A stretch of DNA of 64,000 bases. Source: a virus. The DNA lies in the IMG/VR virus record IMGVR_UViG_3300030110_005581. One strand, given 5' to 3'. The notes under the pieces were generated by a model, which saw nothing but the letters and a program-made list of their open reading frames with translations, was not told where the DNA came from and did no database searches. Of this stretch, positions 63,638-64,000 are shown one piece after another. The position numbers and the translations under genes are program-made. The first letter of the stretch is position 1, and each line of letters begins with the position of its first letter.

Positions 63638-64000
63638 CTATGGCGTATTATTTGGCACCGTATTATCAACAGGAGAGTCTTGTGATACTGGGCCGGTAAC
63701 TTCAATAGTTTGCGAAGTTTGGTCTATAAGCTGAAGTGTGACAAACTGCTCAGAATTAAGACTCGTTTGTTTTTTAAACACTTCTGCGCCAAAACCTAAC
63801 TCTTTCTTATCAAACACTGAAGGGTCGGTCTGCGTTATTGAATTAGAGACTGGAGGAATAATCCACACTGGTGAAGTGAAAGGTAATATATTTAACATGT
63901 CAATTATTGTAGGCAATGTATCTGGCACTTTCTGACGCGGAGTCATGGAAACTGTTTCATTAATCTTTGCCAACTCAATCAATGAAAAGAAGTCGTATGG
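63638..64000 (-). CDS. 3' fragment of a CDS entering from the right edge
   Basis: Frame is open to base 64000 (PYDFFSLIELAKINETV...); the ORF-track start at 63982 is an internal TTG. Confidence 0.65.
   Translation of the reverse strand, partial: PYDFFSLIELAKINETVSMTPRQKVPDTLPTIIDMLNILPFTSPVWIIPPVSNSITQTDPSVFDKKELGFGAEVFKKQTSLNSEQFVTLQLIDQTSQTIEVTGPVSQDSPVDNTVPNNTP

Overview
64 kb segment of a large T4-like (gp13-gp23-type) contractile-tailed dsDNA jumbo phage. Every gene I can support lies on the minus strand; plus-strand ORFs look like antisense shadows. From right to left (transcription order): large uncharacterised virion/baseplate-region proteins (51.1-64 kb); a DNA-metabolism/auxiliary island (RuvC-like resolvase, primase, Hsp20, NodU-type carbamoyltransferase, fused Mre11-Rad50; 44.1-51.1 kb); a putative non-canonical lysis trio and two S74-chaperone tail-fibre genes; the head module (terminase, portal, protease, ribosomal protein bS21, scaffold, major capsid); neck, sheath, two tube paralogues, tail chaperone pair, tape measure and baseplate genes; a minimal family-A polymerase coupled to a degenerate tubulin/FtsZ-like gene; SSB, RecA/UvsX and a 5'-3' exonuclease; and an auxiliary block (CysK, cupin, KamA-type radical SAM aminomutase, tRNA-Arg(TCT), UvsE). 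Two promoter classes are visible: sigma70-like TTGACA-N16-18-TAnnnT before DNA-metabolism genes, and a recurrent (A)CTA(T/A)TTA motif before structural genes. The most notable observations are the mini-PolA/pseudo-tubulin pair, a likely +1/-2 frameshift at a U7 run in the tail chaperone, three proteins sharing an N-terminal MKxTKxxLKQIIKEE tag, a duplicated covarying RNA hairpin, an unannotated 30-aa Cys-rich peptide in the head operon, and bS21 in a phage whose promoters and RBSs look non-Bacteroidota. All family assignments come from motif recognition by eye, not database searches.
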